A stretch of DNA of 64,000 nucleotides from Leptospiraceae bacterium. GTDB lineage: Bacteria; Spirochaetota; Leptospiria; Leptospirales; Leptonemataceae. Where the stretch lies: the NCBI GenBank assembly GCA_040217195.1, contig JAVJNR010000005.1, positions 544,001-608,000 on the forward strand. Direction: 5' to 3'. The translations under genes and the position numbers were made by a program. The notes under the pieces were generated by a model that was not told the DNA's origin, made no database searches, and worked only from the letters and a program-made list of their open reading frames with translations. Positions 41,247 through 52,619 of this stretch are shown here, in pieces. Within the stretch, counting starts at the first letter, position 1; the number at the start of each line of letters is the position of its first letter.

Positions 41247-43472
41247 TCAGTCCATAGAACCGGATTGAAGATTCTCCAGAAGGGTCTTGATTCGATCGTC
41301 TTCCGGTTGAAGAAATGCTGCCTTTTGCAGCACTTCTATGGCCGTAGCATTACGACCGGCATCCGCATACACCTGGCCTAAAAGATAAAGCACACTTGCC
41401 CTTTCCCCAACCAGGTTTCTGGCTTCCTGAAGACTTTCCAGAGCCCTGGCCTGGTCACCGGTTCTAGAATAGCATAGCCCGGAGTAATAATGTTTATAGA
41501 AATTCTCATCTTCCATCTTGGCCAACAGAGACAGGGCTGTGTCGTACTCTTCCAGACCTATAAGCTTCTCTACTTCATCCACCAGACTTTCCGACCCTGG
41601 TGCTGCACCGGTGGGATGGGCCGATTCTCGATAGGCAATGCGCATCAATGAAATGTCATCGGTCGGCTCTCCCAGGGAATAGAGCACTTCACGAATCCCG
41701 TGCAATTCGCCACGTCCCCGCTCTACGACTCCAGTAAATAGATCCGGATCCAAGTTAACCGATTTATCTTCCCCTCTCTGTTTTCCCTGGCGAATGGAGT
41801 CTCGCCCATCAGAACCTGCAATCAATACATCTCCGGTTTCTAGCTGAAAGCGAACCGGTTGCGAAACCGGGCCAGCTTCTCCAATTCGTCTGGATGAACT
41901 CTTCTGTTCAAGAAACGATGCCTGGCCTTTGCGATAAAGGACTGTTCTAGGATGACCGGCGTTGAGCAGATGTAAAATACCGGAGCGTTCTTGAATCAAT
42001 CCAAGCAGGCATCCCACCTGCATCTCCCCGTGAAAACTGCTGAACACCCCATGCAGTTCTTCCACCATGGCCACCATCCACTGAATTGGCTCCATAGTAG
42101 GTTTGCGCATTAGAATGGAATTTACCAGAGCGCCCATAATTAGTGAGCCCCCCGCCCCATTGAGGGCCCCTCCGGTGGCATCCCCATTAAAGAAGAATGC
42201 ATGAGCTTCGCCATCGAAGTCCACGTTTCCTGTAACGCACAGGTCTCCGCCGAGCTCGGCCTCCCATTTTTGATATTTAAACTTCTTCTTGTACTCAATG
42301 AGAAAGTCCGTATGGACCGAATCGCTTACATTTCCATTCTTTAGCAGAGGATTGGCCAGCATCGTGGTGAGATAGTAATCTGCATCCTGCTGATTTTTCA
42401 GATCCTCTACCTTTCGCAGGGTGGATCGCAGTTCACCGGTTTTTCGAACAACTATATCCTCCATATGCAGAGTATAGCTTTCCACTTCACCTACCATGGA
42501 ATTAAAAGCCCTGGCCAGCTGACCAAATTCATCTCCAGACCTCTCTTTAAGTCGAACCGAAAAATCCCTTTCCTGTACCTTCTCCACAGCACGGGTCAGC
42601 TCCAGCAATGGACGCGAAAGAATTCTGGAAATAATCAGGCCCAGAAGCCCGGCCACGAAAACGCTAGTAATGATAACTGTTACCAGGATTCTCTGAGTTC
42701 GATTGATAAGACTGAATTCGCTTTCTGCTGAAAGATCGATTCCCATTACTGCAAAGGTTTCGCCGCTTTCATCCTTGATTGGAATGTATGCTGAAAGCCA
42801 GACTCCCCATTCATCCCTGTAGTACTCTTCGCTGGCCGTTGCCTCCCCTTGAAATGCCTCAAGCATCTGGGGCTGACCGGACACATTATAGAGCATTCCA
42901 ATCTGAGTCGCCTCTTCATCCGAAGCGATTACACCATCGGAATTTGTATCCAGGCGCTGATCGTCCCCATCAACTATGAATTTAAGAATGGTTCGGTCCG
43001 GGGATTCGGGCACAGGTACGAGTATATAGGCATAGCGCAATAGCGGAGGATCCGATGGATTGATCTTTTGAGAAACGATTGCTCCAGGTTCTGAAATACT
43101 CTGTCTGGTGGAGCTTTTGATTCGGCGCATCAATTGCACCAGTCGCTGATAGTCTGGTCGTTGTTCGAGCCTCTGCCGTCTGGAGTCCGAAAGAATTTGA
43201 TAATTTTCTCCCGGGCGAATCCCCTTCAGCAGAGACTCAGGCCTGGGATCACTCAATTGCTCGGACAGGTCATCCAGGGTCCGAATGGCCTTCCTATCCT
43301 CAAGTGTGATCAAATACTGGCCAGCTCGACCAATGTCCTTTAGACGAGAGGCGGTCTGAGTCCACACATGGGATTGCAAAGTCTGATAGAAGATATAGGA
43401 TGAAATGGCCGAGATCCCGGCTGCTAGCAGACTTATGGTAACGATCAACCGGGTCTGATAGCTCAGGGACAT
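41247..43472 (-). CDS. Membrane sensor with Cache-like, HAMP, SpoIIE/PP2C and TPR domains
   Basis: Two TM helices, DEFGQLARAFNSM HAMP, GGDLC, NAGHP, GSDG, TDDIS, C-terminal TPRs. Confidence 0.87.
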   Translation of the reverse strand: MSLSYQTRLIVTISLLAAGISAISSYIFYQTLQSHVWTQTASRLKDIGRAGQYLITLEDRKAIRTLDDLSEQLSDPRPESLLKGIRPGENYQILSDSRRQRLEQRPDYQRLVQLMRRIKSSTRQSISEPGAIVSQKINPSDPPLLRYAYILVPVPESPDRTILKFIVDGDDQRLDTNSDGVIASDEEATQIGMLYNVSGQPQMLEAFQGEATASEEYYRDEWGVWLSAYIPIKDESGETFAVMGIDLSAESEFSLINRTQRILVTVIITSVFVAGLLGLIISRILSRPLLELTRAVEKVQERDFSVRLKERSGDEFGQLARAFNSMVGEVESYTLHMEDIVVRKTGELRSTLRKVEDLKNQQDADYYLTTMLANPLLKNGNVSDSVHTDFLIEYKKKFKYQKWEAELGGDLCVTGNVDFDGEAHAFFFNGDATGGALNGAGGSLIMGALVNSILMRKPTMEPIQWMVAMVEELHGVFSSFHGEMQVGCLLGLIQERSGILHLLNAGHPRTVLYRKGQASFLEQKSSSRRIGEAGPVSQPVRFQLETGDVLIAGSDGRDSIRQGKQRGEDKSVNLDPDLFTGVVERGRGELHGIREVLYSLGEPTDDISLMRIAYRESAHPTGAAPGSESLVDEVEKLIGLEEYDTALSLLAKMEDENFYKHYYSGLCYSRTGDQARALESLQEARNLVGERASVLYLLGQVYADAGRNATAIEVLQKAAFLQPEDDRIKTLLENLQSGSMD

Positions 43473-43493
43473 AGCTCTGTTGCCCTCGAAAAA

Positions 43494-45767
43494 ATGCTCA
43501 GGTCAAGCAATAATGGAGGGCGGCGAAAAGGGATGAGCAATTTAAAGTTGATCTTTATCCGCCGATTTCTTGAATTTACTTTAATGTCTCTTATATCCCC
43601 CAGGCGACTACCTGGCTTTGCCATACTGCCACTATTATTACTTGGATTGCTAACCGGATGCCAGAACTCTGAGAATCCAGGATCTACCATTGTGCTTGAA
43701 GATCTGGATTGGACACTTCTAAAGGGCTTCGAAAAGAGTTACATCAACGGAATCCCTGCTTCCAGGCTACAGGAAGCGAAAAAGATTGAATCCTTTCCCG
43801 TAGTTATCAATCGCTCCCTGGAACTAAGCACCGGTGAGTCTCTGGTCCACAGCACAATGCAAAGCCAGTTCACTCTGGATGAGCAGCAATTACGCGAGCC
43901 ACTGGGCATTCACTTCCCGTGGATTGGTGAAGCCTGGCAATTATTTGTAAATGGCCATCTGGTTGAAGACCAGTTAGTCCTGGATTCCAGCGGGCAGCTA
44001 AAATACCGAAGAATATTCCGGCATCTTACAGTACCGGTGAACAACGCATTACTTCGAAAAGGTACCAACACACTGACCATTCATTTTGCTGGCTATCAAC
44101 ATCCCACAGCCATTGAATCCAACGACAATCATGGTCTACTTTTTTCAGGAGGGTATGAGATTGCACCACTGGCAACTCTGGAACAGAAGCACACGGATAC
44201 TCTACGAATCGTACTGAGTACTGTTTATCTGTTTTTTGGATTGTACCACATGGTTATATTCGCACGGCGAAAGCAGGACAAATACAATCTTTTCTTTGGA
44301 CTATTCTGCTTTGCCCTGGCTCTTGACTCTGTAACAGGCACCATGCAATTGCACAGGGCCACCCTGGAAACCGCCTGGATCAATCGAATCAAATATTTCA
44401 GTCAGGCACTTCAAATACCTCTGTTCTTTTACTTCGTGCACCATTATTTCTTTTCTGAGCATCGCACCCCCGTGCTTGTTCGGATCCTGGCCTATCCACT
44501 CTATCTGCTGGCATTTCTTTTTATCGTGGTACCATTTCGCTACACTGAAGTCTTGCTAAACTTATTTCATTATGCAGCGGCCCCATCTCTGCTTTATGCA
44601 ATATTCTTCATGGGCAAAGTCTTCTTTTCCAGAAAGAGAGATTCTCTGCTTTTCGGCATGAGCATTCTGATTCTTATCGCAGCCGGCTTCTGGGGCATTC
44701 TGGATAGCGAATTCTTCCACACCGGAATTCATCTCGTGCCCTATGGATTCCTATTTTGTATACTTAGCATTATTTTCATTCTGGCTAATCGCTTCCTGTC
44801 GGTGCATAATGAATCGGAACGCCTGAACCTGGAACTCACCGAACAAAAGAATGCATTCCATCGATTCGTTCCCACTCAGTTTCTCAATCACCTGGGTCGA
44901 GACTCTGCGGTAGAGGTAAAGGTAGGCGATTCTGTGCTTCGAGAAATGACGGTCCTGTTCTGTGACATTCGATCCTTCACAGCAAGGTCGGAAGGCTCCG
45001 GCCCGCAGGAGACCTTTTCGAGACTGAACGAACATCTTCAGCAAATGGAACCATGTATTTACCGGCATGGAGGCTTCGTGGACAAATACGTAGGCGATGC
45101 TATTTTATCACTATTCTCTGACGATAAAAACCGCAGCACAATATATACCGGTAATTCCGGTCAAAGCCAGAGAATGAATTCGGCCCAGCGAGCTGTATCA
45201 GCAGCCGTGGAAATGGCTCGTCTTGCCCGGTCTGCCCAGTCTTCGGCGGACCAGGAACACCGCTTTTTGCCGGGATTTGGTATAGGTATCAACTCCGGAA
45301 ATCTTGTGCTTGGGACCGTAGGCAGCCCCAGTCGCATTGATACAACGGTAATAGGCGATACTGTGAATACATGCTCCAGGCTGGAAAGCCTCACCACTCA
45401 CTATAGATGTCCGATCCTTATTTCCGGTTCAACGAGAGAACGTCTGGGCGAAGGAATATTTCATCTTCGTCAAGTGGACGATGTTTACCTTCGCGGAAAG
45501 AAGCAAAAGACAACTATTTTCGAAGTGTTCGATGCGGATCCTCCAGAACAGCTGCTACAGAAAAGTCGTACACTGGTTCGATACAATGAGGCTCTGGAAC
45601 TATATCGTACAGGTAAATTTGATGAAGCGTTGACGATGTTTCAAACCCTGCAGCAAAAGGCCCCGCAGGATCAGATTTTACCACTTTACATTGAGCGGAT
45701 CAAAGGCCTGAAAGAGCAAAGTAATATCACTAACTGGGATGGAGTGATCCCGGTGCTGGGCAGCTGA
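43494..45767 (+). CDS. 7TM-DISM-type class III adenylate/guanylate cyclase (start uncertain)
   Basis: Beta-rich N-domain, ~7 TM helices, FCDIRSFT, VDKYVGDA, TVIGDTVN-CSRLE. Confidence 0.9.
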   Translation: MLRSSNNGGRRKGMSNLKLIFIRRFLEFTLMSLISPRRLPGFAILPLLLLGLLTGCQNSENPGSTIVLEDLDWTLLKGFEKSYINGIPASRLQEAKKIESFPVVINRSLELSTGESLVHSTMQSQFTLDEQQLREPLGIHFPWIGEAWQLFVNGHLVEDQLVLDSSGQLKYRRIFRHLTVPVNNALLRKGTNTLTIHFAGYQHPTAIESNDNHGLLFSGGYEIAPLATLEQKHTDTLRIVLSTVYLFFGLYHMVIFARRKQDKYNLFFGLFCFALALDSVTGTMQLHRATLETAWINRIKYFSQALQIPLFFYFVHHYFFSEHRTPVLVRILAYPLYLLAFLFIVVPFRYTEVLLNLFHYAAAPSLLYAIFFMGKVFFSRKRDSLLFGMSILILIAAGFWGILDSEFFHTGIHLVPYGFLFCILSIIFILANRFLSVHNESERLNLELTEQKNAFHRFVPTQFLNHLGRDSAVEVKVGDSVLREMTVLFCDIRSFTARSEGSGPQETFSRLNEHLQQMEPCIYRHGGFVDKYVGDAILSLFSDDKNRSTIYTGNSGQSQRMNSAQRAVSAAVEMARLARSAQSSADQEHRFLPGFGIGINSGNLVLGTVGSPSRIDTTVIGDTVNTCSRLESLTTHYRCPILISGSTRERLGEGIFHLRQVDDVYLRGKKQKTTIFEVFDADPPEQLLQKSRTLVRYNEALELYRTGKFDEALTMFQTLQQKAPQDQILPLYIERIKGLKEQSNITNWDGVIPVLGS

Positions 45768-45916
45768 TGGGGCCGCTGCCCGGCTGGAATCCATTGCGGT
45801 ATTGCGAATCAAATCACTGTTTGCTGAGCTCCAATCAAGCAGCTTGAGCCGTGGCAAAGTGTCCGATGCCAGCGGCCCAATTGTCGTAACATTGAGCCCT
45901 GGCACCGGGCCTGGCA

Positions 45917-46516
45917 TCACAGAGGATCGGATGTGCTGGCGCTGGCAGGCGCAGGAACATTTACAAAAACAGAGGAACATTCATAGGCTTTCCAGATTCC
46001 ATTATCATTCTTTTTCAAAGTAATGGGTCTTGGACTGAATCCATGAACATTTACAAAGACCTTAACTCGCCCGGAAGATTCATCGCCACTGTATTTATTT
46101 CTGGAAGTAACAATCTTATACGGAGCAGAAACCTTGTAATTGTTTTCTGCTGTCGCTCCGGCCACATAGGCGAATGGAGTGTACCACCATACATTCTGTC
46201 GGTTCAGACGATTTACATGGTACATTATGCTAGAAGAGGGAGCATAACCTTTGTATGCATTTCCCGATCCAACGTTTCCTTGATCAAGGGCCAGAGTTAA
46301 GAATTGCATTCCCAGAGTTTCCGATTTAGAAAATCCCATCATTGCAACAATTAACATGGCAGCGCCCCCTTCCGGGGTAGTAGCCAGCTGGTCTCGCATC
46401 TGGATAAACTCATCAGCAGATGCAGGGATGGAAGATATAGTTACCTCCCTGGACTGTGCCTGAGCAGACACGGCGGAAACAAGAAAGATGGTTATTGCAA
46501 GGGCGATAATTCGCAT
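45917..46516 (-). CDS. Secreted hypothetical protein (DUF6935-like)
   Basis: ATG 46516 with GGAGG RBS; signal peptide ending AQA; TPEGGAAM, GATAENNY, PRPI-L...G-W. Confidence 0.7.
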   Translation of the reverse strand: MRIIALAITIFLVSAVSAQAQSREVTISSIPASADEFIQMRDQLATTPEGGAAMLIVAMMGFSKSETLGMQFLTLALDQGNVGSGNAYKGYAPSSSIMYHVNRLNRQNVWWYTPFAYVAGATAENNYKVSAPYKIVTSRNKYSGDESSGRVKVFVNVHGFSPRPITLKKNDNGIWKAYECSSVFVNVPAPASASTSDPL

Positions 46517-46676
46517 ATTAGCCTCCAGAAGTATAGGCTTCCGATCTACTCTTGGACGAAGAAATCGTTGGAATTGTTCTGCGTATCCAGATTCCAGATC
46601 AGAAGGTCCTTCGGAATCTCTTATTGAAATAAGAATCTGTCCAGCTATAATTCGATGAGCCACAGCCGAAGAAGGA

Positions 46677-47720
46677 TTAATGGTCCTTTTTTTCTCCCAG
46701 AGCATGGTCCAAAAGCATTCCGGCGGCTTCAAAAGGAGACAACGTACCCTCCGTTACACGATTTCGAAGTTCCGTCCTGTACTGTCTGGAATCCGGGTTC
46801 TCCAGGATTCGGTTTCGGACCAGTTCTGACAGATATTCATTCATCCAGTACACAGCCTGGCCTTTGCGCCGACTTTCGAAATGGCCGTTTTCGCCCATGG
46901 ATTCTTTAAAATTCTCCAGCAGACTATAGATATCATCCAGGCCCATGCCGGTCATGGCGCTAGTAAGTATCACCTGGGCCCTCCATCCATGATCAGCCGG
47001 AGGAAATAACTCCAGGGCCCTGCGATAATCTGCAGCAGCAATCTTGGCTTTCTTTTCATTTCCAGAATCGGACTTGGTAATGGCTATTCCGTCAGCCATT
47101 TCCATGATGCCCCGCTTCATTCCCTGAAGCTCATCTCCTGCGCCGGGTAGCATCAGGAGTAAAAAGAAATCCACCATAGAATGAACGATGGTCTCACCCT
47201 GCCCGACTCCAACGGTTTCAATCAGGATTCTATCAAAGCCGGCCGCTTCGCACAGAATCACACTCTCTCTGGTTTTTCGGGCCACTCCTCCCGGGGATCC
47301 ACCGGAAGGACTGGGTCGGATGTATGCGTTCTCTTCCCTGGTCAGAGCCTCCATTCTGGTTTTGTCCCCCAGAATGGAGCCTTTACTTCGTTCCGAAGAT
47401 GGATCGATGGCCAACACAGAAAGCTTATGCCCCCTTTCCAGCATCAGTTGTCCGAAGGATTCTATGAAAGTGCTTTTTCCAACTCCAGGAATTCCGGTTA
47501 TTCCAATGCGAAGGGAGTTACCTGCATGTGGCAAGCAGGCATGAATCACTTCCGAGGCAAGGTGCTGATCCTCCGGAAGAGTGCTTTCAGTCAGTGTAAT
47601 TGCCTGACTGAGGATGACACGATTTCCGGATCGCACTCCCTCAATGTACTCGGCAGCACTTTTTCGCCTGGGGCCTCGATCGAGACCACCGGAAAGCAGC
47701 CGTGGATTGAATGGAGGCAT
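46677..47720 (-). CDS. meaB: Methylmalonyl-CoA mutase-associated GTPase
   Basis: GITGIPGVGKST, AIDPSS, GDKTRM, ETVGVGQ, GDELQG. Confidence 0.96.
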   Translation of the reverse strand: MPPFNPRLLSGGLDRGPRRKSAAEYIEGVRSGNRVILSQAITLTESTLPEDQHLASEVIHACLPHAGNSLRIGITGIPGVGKSTFIESFGQLMLERGHKLSVLAIDPSSERSKGSILGDKTRMEALTREENAYIRPSPSGGSPGGVARKTRESVILCEAAGFDRILIETVGVGQGETIVHSMVDFFLLLMLPGAGDELQGMKRGIMEMADGIAITKSDSGNEKKAKIAAADYRRALELFPPADHGWRAQVILTSAMTGMGLDDIYSLLENFKESMGENGHFESRRKGQAVYWMNEYLSELVRNRILENPDSRQYRTELRNRVTEGTLSPFEAAGMLLDHALGEKKDH

Positions 47721-49876
47721 TAACCTGCCTGTGCCTGCGGCTCTTTACCCAGAAGAATTTTTAGAATGGATGCAGCGGCCTGGGGAATTACAGTACCTGG
47801 ACCAAATATAGCGGCTGCTCCTGATTCATACAGAAAATCGTAATCCTGCTGAGGAATCACTCCGCCCACAACAACAAGGATGTCAGATCGATCCAGCTTC
47901 TTCAGTTCTTCCACAACCTGAGGCACCAGGGTTTTATGCCCGGCAGCCAGGGAAGATACTCCCAGGATATGTACATCGTTTTCTACTGCCTGCCGTGCCA
48001 CCTCTTCCGGAGTTTGAAATAGAGGTCCGATGTCCACGTCGAATCCCAGATCAGCAAAGCTAGTAGAAATGACTTTCGCACCCCGGTCATGACCGTCCTG
48101 ACCCATTTTCGCTACAAGGATTCTTGGTCTACGACCCTCTTTCTCAGCAAACTCATCTGCCAGGGCTGTGGCATTTCTAAAATCTTCGTTATTTTCAATC
48201 TCGGAAGAATACACTCCTGATATACTACGAATAACGGCTTTGTATCGTCCAAAAACTTTTTCCATGGCCTGAGAAATCTCTCCCAGACTGGCCCGTTTCC
48301 TGGCTGCCTGAACGGCCAGATCCAGTAAGTTCCCTTCTCCGGATTCTGCACATCGGGTAATGGATTCCAGAGCCTGCTGGCATTCCTCAGCGTTGCGTTC
48401 ACGACGGAGCTTGTCCAAGCGCTCCAATTGAGACTTTCGCACTGCAGTATTATCAATATCCAGAATTTCTAACGGATCATCGGAATCGCTCTTGAATCGA
48501 TTGATTCCCACAATCACATCCCGCCCAGAATCAATACGGGCCTGTTTTCTGGCGGCCGCTTCTTCGATTCTCATCTTTGGCAGTCCGGTTTCAATGGCTT
48601 TGGCAATGCCTCCCAGCTCTTCCACTTCTTCGATAAGCTTCCAGGCTCTGCGAGCCAGCAGATTGGTTAGAGCTTCTACGTAATAACTACCGGCCCAGGG
48701 ATCCACAGCCCGGGTAATGTCCGTTTCATCCTGAAGGAAAAGCTGTGTGTTTCTGGCAATACGAGCGGAGAAATCTGTGGGCAATGCAATGGCTTCATCC
48801 AGAGCATTGGTATGTAATGACTGAGTATGACCCAGTGCAGCCGACAGTGCCTCCACGCAGGTTCTCGCAACGTTGTTATACGGATCCTGTTCGGTAAGGC
48901 TCCAGCCGGAGGTCTGGCAATGGGTTCGCAAAGCCATGGATTTAGGATTTTTTGGGTCGAATTGATTTACCAGTTTGGCCCAGAGTAATCGACCGGCTCG
49001 CATTTTAGCAATCTCCATAAACTGATTCATGCCTATGGCCCAGAAAAAGGAGATTCTGGGGGCGAATTCGTCTACAGTGAGGCCGGCAGACATTCCGGTG
49101 CGAAGGTATTCCAGGCCATCGGCCAGTGTATAGGCCAGTTCAATATCTGCAGTGGCACCAGCTTCCTGCATATGGTAGCCAGAAACACTGATTGAGTTAA
49201 ATTTAGGCATTTTCGCAGAAGTATAGGAGAAAATATCTGCGATGATCTTCATGGATGGACCCGGCGGATAAATATAGGTGTTTCGCACCATGAATTCTTT
49301 GAGAATATCGTTTTGAATGGTACCGGTTAGCTTTTCTGGAGGTACTCCCTGCTCTTCACCAGCCACTATGAAAAAGGCAAGAACCGGTATCACCGCTCCA
49401 TTCATGGTCATGGAAACAGATACAGAATCCAGAGGTATTTGATTGAATAGAACCTCCATATCCAGAATTGAATCGATGGCCACTCCAGCTTTACCTACAT
49501 CGCCCACAACCCTGGGATGATCTGAGTCGTAGCCGCGATGTGTCGCCAGGTCAAATGCAACGCTCAAACCTTTCTGACCGGCAGCCAGGTTTCGACGATA
49601 GAATGCATTGGATTCCTCTGCAGTGGAGAATCCGGCGTATTGACGGATGGTCCAGGGACGAGTGACATACATTGTAGAGTAAGGTCCTCGTAAATAAGGA
49701 GCCACACCAGCTCCAAATCCAGGGTGCTCCAGTCCGGTGAGTGCATCGGCACCGTAGGCGGACTGCACAGGGATTCCTTCCGGCGTATTCATGGCCAGAT
49801 CATCGGAAACCTGGCTTTTTGAGCTTCCTCCGCTGGAGATGGGCGAGTAACTTAATTTGCTAAAATCCGGTTTCAT
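47720..49876 (-). CDS. scpA: Methylmalonyl-CoA mutase, large (B12-binding) subunit
   Basis: [29 protein letters not shown]. Confidence 0.97.
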   Translation of the reverse strand: MKPDFSKLSYSPISSGGSSKSQVSDDLAMNTPEGIPVQSAYGADALTGLEHPGFGAGVAPYLRGPYSTMYVTRPWTIRQYAGFSTAEESNAFYRRNLAAGQKGLSVAFDLATHRGYDSDHPRVVGDVGKAGVAIDSILDMEVLFNQIPLDSVSVSMTMNGAVIPVLAFFIVAGEEQGVPPEKLTGTIQNDILKEFMVRNTYIYPPGPSMKIIADIFSYTSAKMPKFNSISVSGYHMQEAGATADIELAYTLADGLEYLRTGMSAGLTVDEFAPRISFFWAIGMNQFMEIAKMRAGRLLWAKLVNQFDPKNPKSMALRTHCQTSGWSLTEQDPYNNVARTCVEALSAALGHTQSLHTNALDEAIALPTDFSARIARNTQLFLQDETDITRAVDPWAGSYYVEALTNLLARRAWKLIEEVEELGGIAKAIETGLPKMRIEEAAARKQARIDSGRDVIVGINRFKSDSDDPLEILDIDNTAVRKSQLERLDKLRRERNAEECQQALESITRCAESGEGNLLDLAVQAARKRASLGEISQAMEKVFGRYKAVIRSISGVYSSEIENNEDFRNATALADEFAEKEGRRPRILVAKMGQDGHDRGAKVISTSFADLGFDVDIGPLFQTPEEVARQAVENDVHILGVSSLAAGHKTLVPQVVEELKKLDRSDILVVVGGVIPQQDYDFLYESGAAAIFGPGTVIPQAAASILKILLGKEPQAQAG

Positions 49877-49916
49877 AATCTAATCCTTATCTTGTCTGGC
49901 TGCCAGAGACTCTCTT

Positions 49917-51920
49917 TTAAGATTCCTTCTTATGCGAGCCCACGCTAGAGCCCAGGATTCGTTTTTGAAGATCCACCAGTGTGGCAAAAACATTCGATTT
50001 TAGATGAATGAATTCAACAATACCCTTCTCCGTAAGGGAATCTCGATTCTCTGGACTACCGGCGATAATAACTGGCAGGCCTTTTTCTTTTGCAATAGGC
50101 AGAATCTGGTCCGCCAGTTCTTCGTACTCTTCATCGCTGGAACAAAGAGTAAGCGCAACAATAGATGTACTTTTTCCAAGCCGGTCCTTTAGATAGGTTG
50201 CGGCCTCTTTCGAATTTCCCAGAGAACCCGGATCTTCCACCGAGAAACCAGCACAGCCAAGGAAATTCTGCGAAAATGCAGCACGAGCCCTTTGCATTGC
50301 CAGTTTTCCCGCAGGAATAAGAAGAATTTCCGGGCGAAAGCCTTTGCTGGATGCCACCGATTGGAAGTGAATTCTAAGATCTTCAAAGCCTGATGTGGCC
50401 CTTCCAAATTTCACTGGAGGCACAGCCTTACCTTTGGCATCGTCGCTTTGAAGTTGAACCCCGTTGATCCAGTGAGCGGAATACGGATCGAATCTCTTAT
50501 CTTTCACCTCTTCTTTCAGAGAGGGATACTGGTTCACCCCAACATAGGTAGATTGTCGGCTTTCCACCTTACCCAGGGCCTCTGCAAGCTGCTGCGATAG
50601 TTTCTTCTGGATAGCACCGGACTTCAGGTTCTGAAGAAAGCCACCATTGCTTTCCAGTTCCTGAAAATCCTGAAAAGCGGCGGCGGCCAGCTCATCGGTC
50701 AGATTCTCCAGATAGTAGGAGCCACCGCCAGGGTCGGCTACCTGCTGAAGGTAACTTTCATGACGTATCAGGTTTTGAATATTTCGCGCCATCCTTCTGG
50801 AAAAGGCATCCTCTCGATCTGTAATCAAGTGAAACGGATGTACTGTATGTCTTTGCGAACCACCCAGCACAGCACTGATAGATTGCGTGGTGGAGCGAAG
50901 CAGATTCGTGTAGGGATCGAGAGCAGACAGTTCGAAAACAGAGGTTTCTGTGGACTGATAAAGAGCCGCCGCATCCTTCCACTGGCCCGTAGTTTTTCCT
51001 TCATTTTCCAGAGTCTTCGCATACGCGCTGGCAATTTGCGCCCATAGATATCTGGCCGCTCGAAGCTGAGCCACTTCAGGAAAGAAACTGGAGGATACTG
51101 CACTGCGAACATGGACCGCTTTTAGAGCTTCCTGGAATTCCAGCCCCAGCTCAAGTAGAGAGGCTAGATAGTAGGAAGCCAGTGAAAGACCAAGGCTTAG
51201 CTGAGTTCTATTGTTAGCACCTGCGTAGCGAAACAGATGGGCACTGACAGAAAAAAACGGGCGACTTCCTTTCTTTAAAAAATCGGCTGCTGCCTCCAGG
51301 TCTTCTGTGAGCTCCGTTTCCATGGCCGATGCTTCTACCGCGCCTGTGCGTAGATAACGCGCCACCGGATCCACAGAAATAAGAACCTGATCAGATGATT
51401 TTGTTGCAGCCCAGCCCAATAGCGCGGCTGCATCCTTCATGTGAATCTCCAGATCCAGATTTACTGATATCCGGCTCAGATCGATTTTCTCACAGAATTC
51501 CGCTGCATGGCCCGCATAGGATGCATCGTTTACCAGTAGTCTCAAACTACCCAGTTCATGATTGTAAAACTCCTGGAGCAATGCATCCAGCTGCGCTTCT
51601 TTATGATGCAGAGAAAAGTCGATGGTTTGCTCCGTAAGCCAGACATTGCTCCTGGAACGAATGCCTCTAAGGTAAGGGAACCTACCGGGCACATGACTTT
51701 CCAGGCCCTGGGGCTTTTCCTCCGGAACATAGAATGGCTTTAGTGTGAATCCCTCTCCGGTTTTCCAGTCCAGTTTGCCCAGAGCTTTTTGGGGATCCTC
51801 CGGATTCTTAAGATCTTTCAGTATCTTTTCTTCCCAGGATTTGCGATCCAGGGCAGAGAAATCTTCGAATAATTTCAGGTTCGGTTCTGGAAATAGTTCC
51901 GGGTCCAGCTTGGCGCTCAT
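49917..51920 (-). CDS. mutA: Methylmalonyl-CoA mutase, small subunit
   Basis: W-KI-KDLK, DPYTNLLR, ADPGGGSYYLE, VGVNQYP, RAAFSQNF, LCSSDEEY; lacks DxHxxG. Confidence 0.9.
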   Translation of the reverse strand: MSAKLDPELFPEPNLKLFEDFSALDRKSWEEKILKDLKNPEDPQKALGKLDWKTGEGFTLKPFYVPEEKPQGLESHVPGRFPYLRGIRSRSNVWLTEQTIDFSLHHKEAQLDALLQEFYNHELGSLRLLVNDASYAGHAAEFCEKIDLSRISVNLDLEIHMKDAAALLGWAATKSSDQVLISVDPVARYLRTGAVEASAMETELTEDLEAAADFLKKGSRPFFSVSAHLFRYAGANNRTQLSLGLSLASYYLASLLELGLEFQEALKAVHVRSAVSSSFFPEVAQLRAARYLWAQIASAYAKTLENEGKTTGQWKDAAALYQSTETSVFELSALDPYTNLLRSTTQSISAVLGGSQRHTVHPFHLITDREDAFSRRMARNIQNLIRHESYLQQVADPGGGSYYLENLTDELAAAAFQDFQELESNGGFLQNLKSGAIQKKLSQQLAEALGKVESRQSTYVGVNQYPSLKEEVKDKRFDPYSAHWINGVQLQSDDAKGKAVPPVKFGRATSGFEDLRIHFQSVASSKGFRPEILLIPAGKLAMQRARAAFSQNFLGCAGFSVEDPGSLGNSKEAATYLKDRLGKSTSIVALTLCSSDEEYEELADQILPIAKEKGLPVIIAGSPENRDSLTEKGIVEFIHLKSNVFATLVDLQKRILGSSVGSHKKES

Positions 51921-52144
51921 GACTCCAGATTCCAGAAATAAGCCTCTATGTCAGCAGAAAATCGAAGGTAAGACGGAAGCCCCACGCCGAGAGCTAAACC
52001 GGAACGGCCCGGCTCGTTACATAAATTGCAGAAAAGATCGCTGCCAGTATTTAGAGGAGGATCAAATCTTACCTTGTAAGTCAGCCAAAATGTCCTTCCT
52101 ATGATGGCCAGCCCCCATGGTGAATGGGCTGCGGATAATGCCAT

Positions 52145-52321
52145 TCATTTTCGGTTAAACCCGAAGATTGTGGATCCACTGGAGTAACCTTCGCCCGGAT
52201 CCGCAACAGAGCCCCAGATTGACCAATAATGGGTATCCGGTACATGGTCGAAGCCTTCCCCGTATAAGGACTCATTGATTTTGGACCGCCGAAACTTTTC
52301 TTCCGCTTTTGAATCTCTCAT
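52145..52321 (-). CDS. Possible small ORF (58 aa) or gene remnant
   Basis: MRDSKAEEKFRRSKINESLYGEGFDHVPDTHYWSIWGSVADPGEGYSSGSTIFGFNRK*; AGGGGT upstream; no motif. Confidence 0.25.
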   Translation of the reverse strand: MRDSKAEEKFRRSKINESLYGEGFDHVPDTHYWSIWGSVADPGEGYSSGSTIFGFNRK

Positions 52322-52619
52322 ATACGACCCCTGGCGAATGAACCTCCAAATGCAAACCTCTCGGGCCTACCGTACTTTATAGCATCCCTTTCAGTTTTCC
52401 GCACTAAATCGGTTTTTCCCGAAGCCCTGGCTAAAACCGACAGTTGTAAGGATTTGTGGCTCCCGAAAATATGTTGCCTGCTTCTATTTAAGGCCCCTCA
52501 TAGGCCGCAGTGTCGCGATACCTTTGTCTACCGACAGAGTAAGTTATGCAAACTCTTGGAGAGATTGAACCGGGAGTATCGAAACTTTAGCGACCAGTGG
52601 GTAAGGATGAGCCATAAAC

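Noticed and set aside
46677..51920. Methylmalonyl-CoA mutase operon as a novelty
   Set aside because: Canonical mutA-scpA(mutB)-meaB arrangement.
51921..52619. Cobalamin riboswitch upstream of the mutase operon
   Set aside because: Only scattered fragments (CAACTGT, GGGAA); no GCCACTG or B12-box arrangement found.
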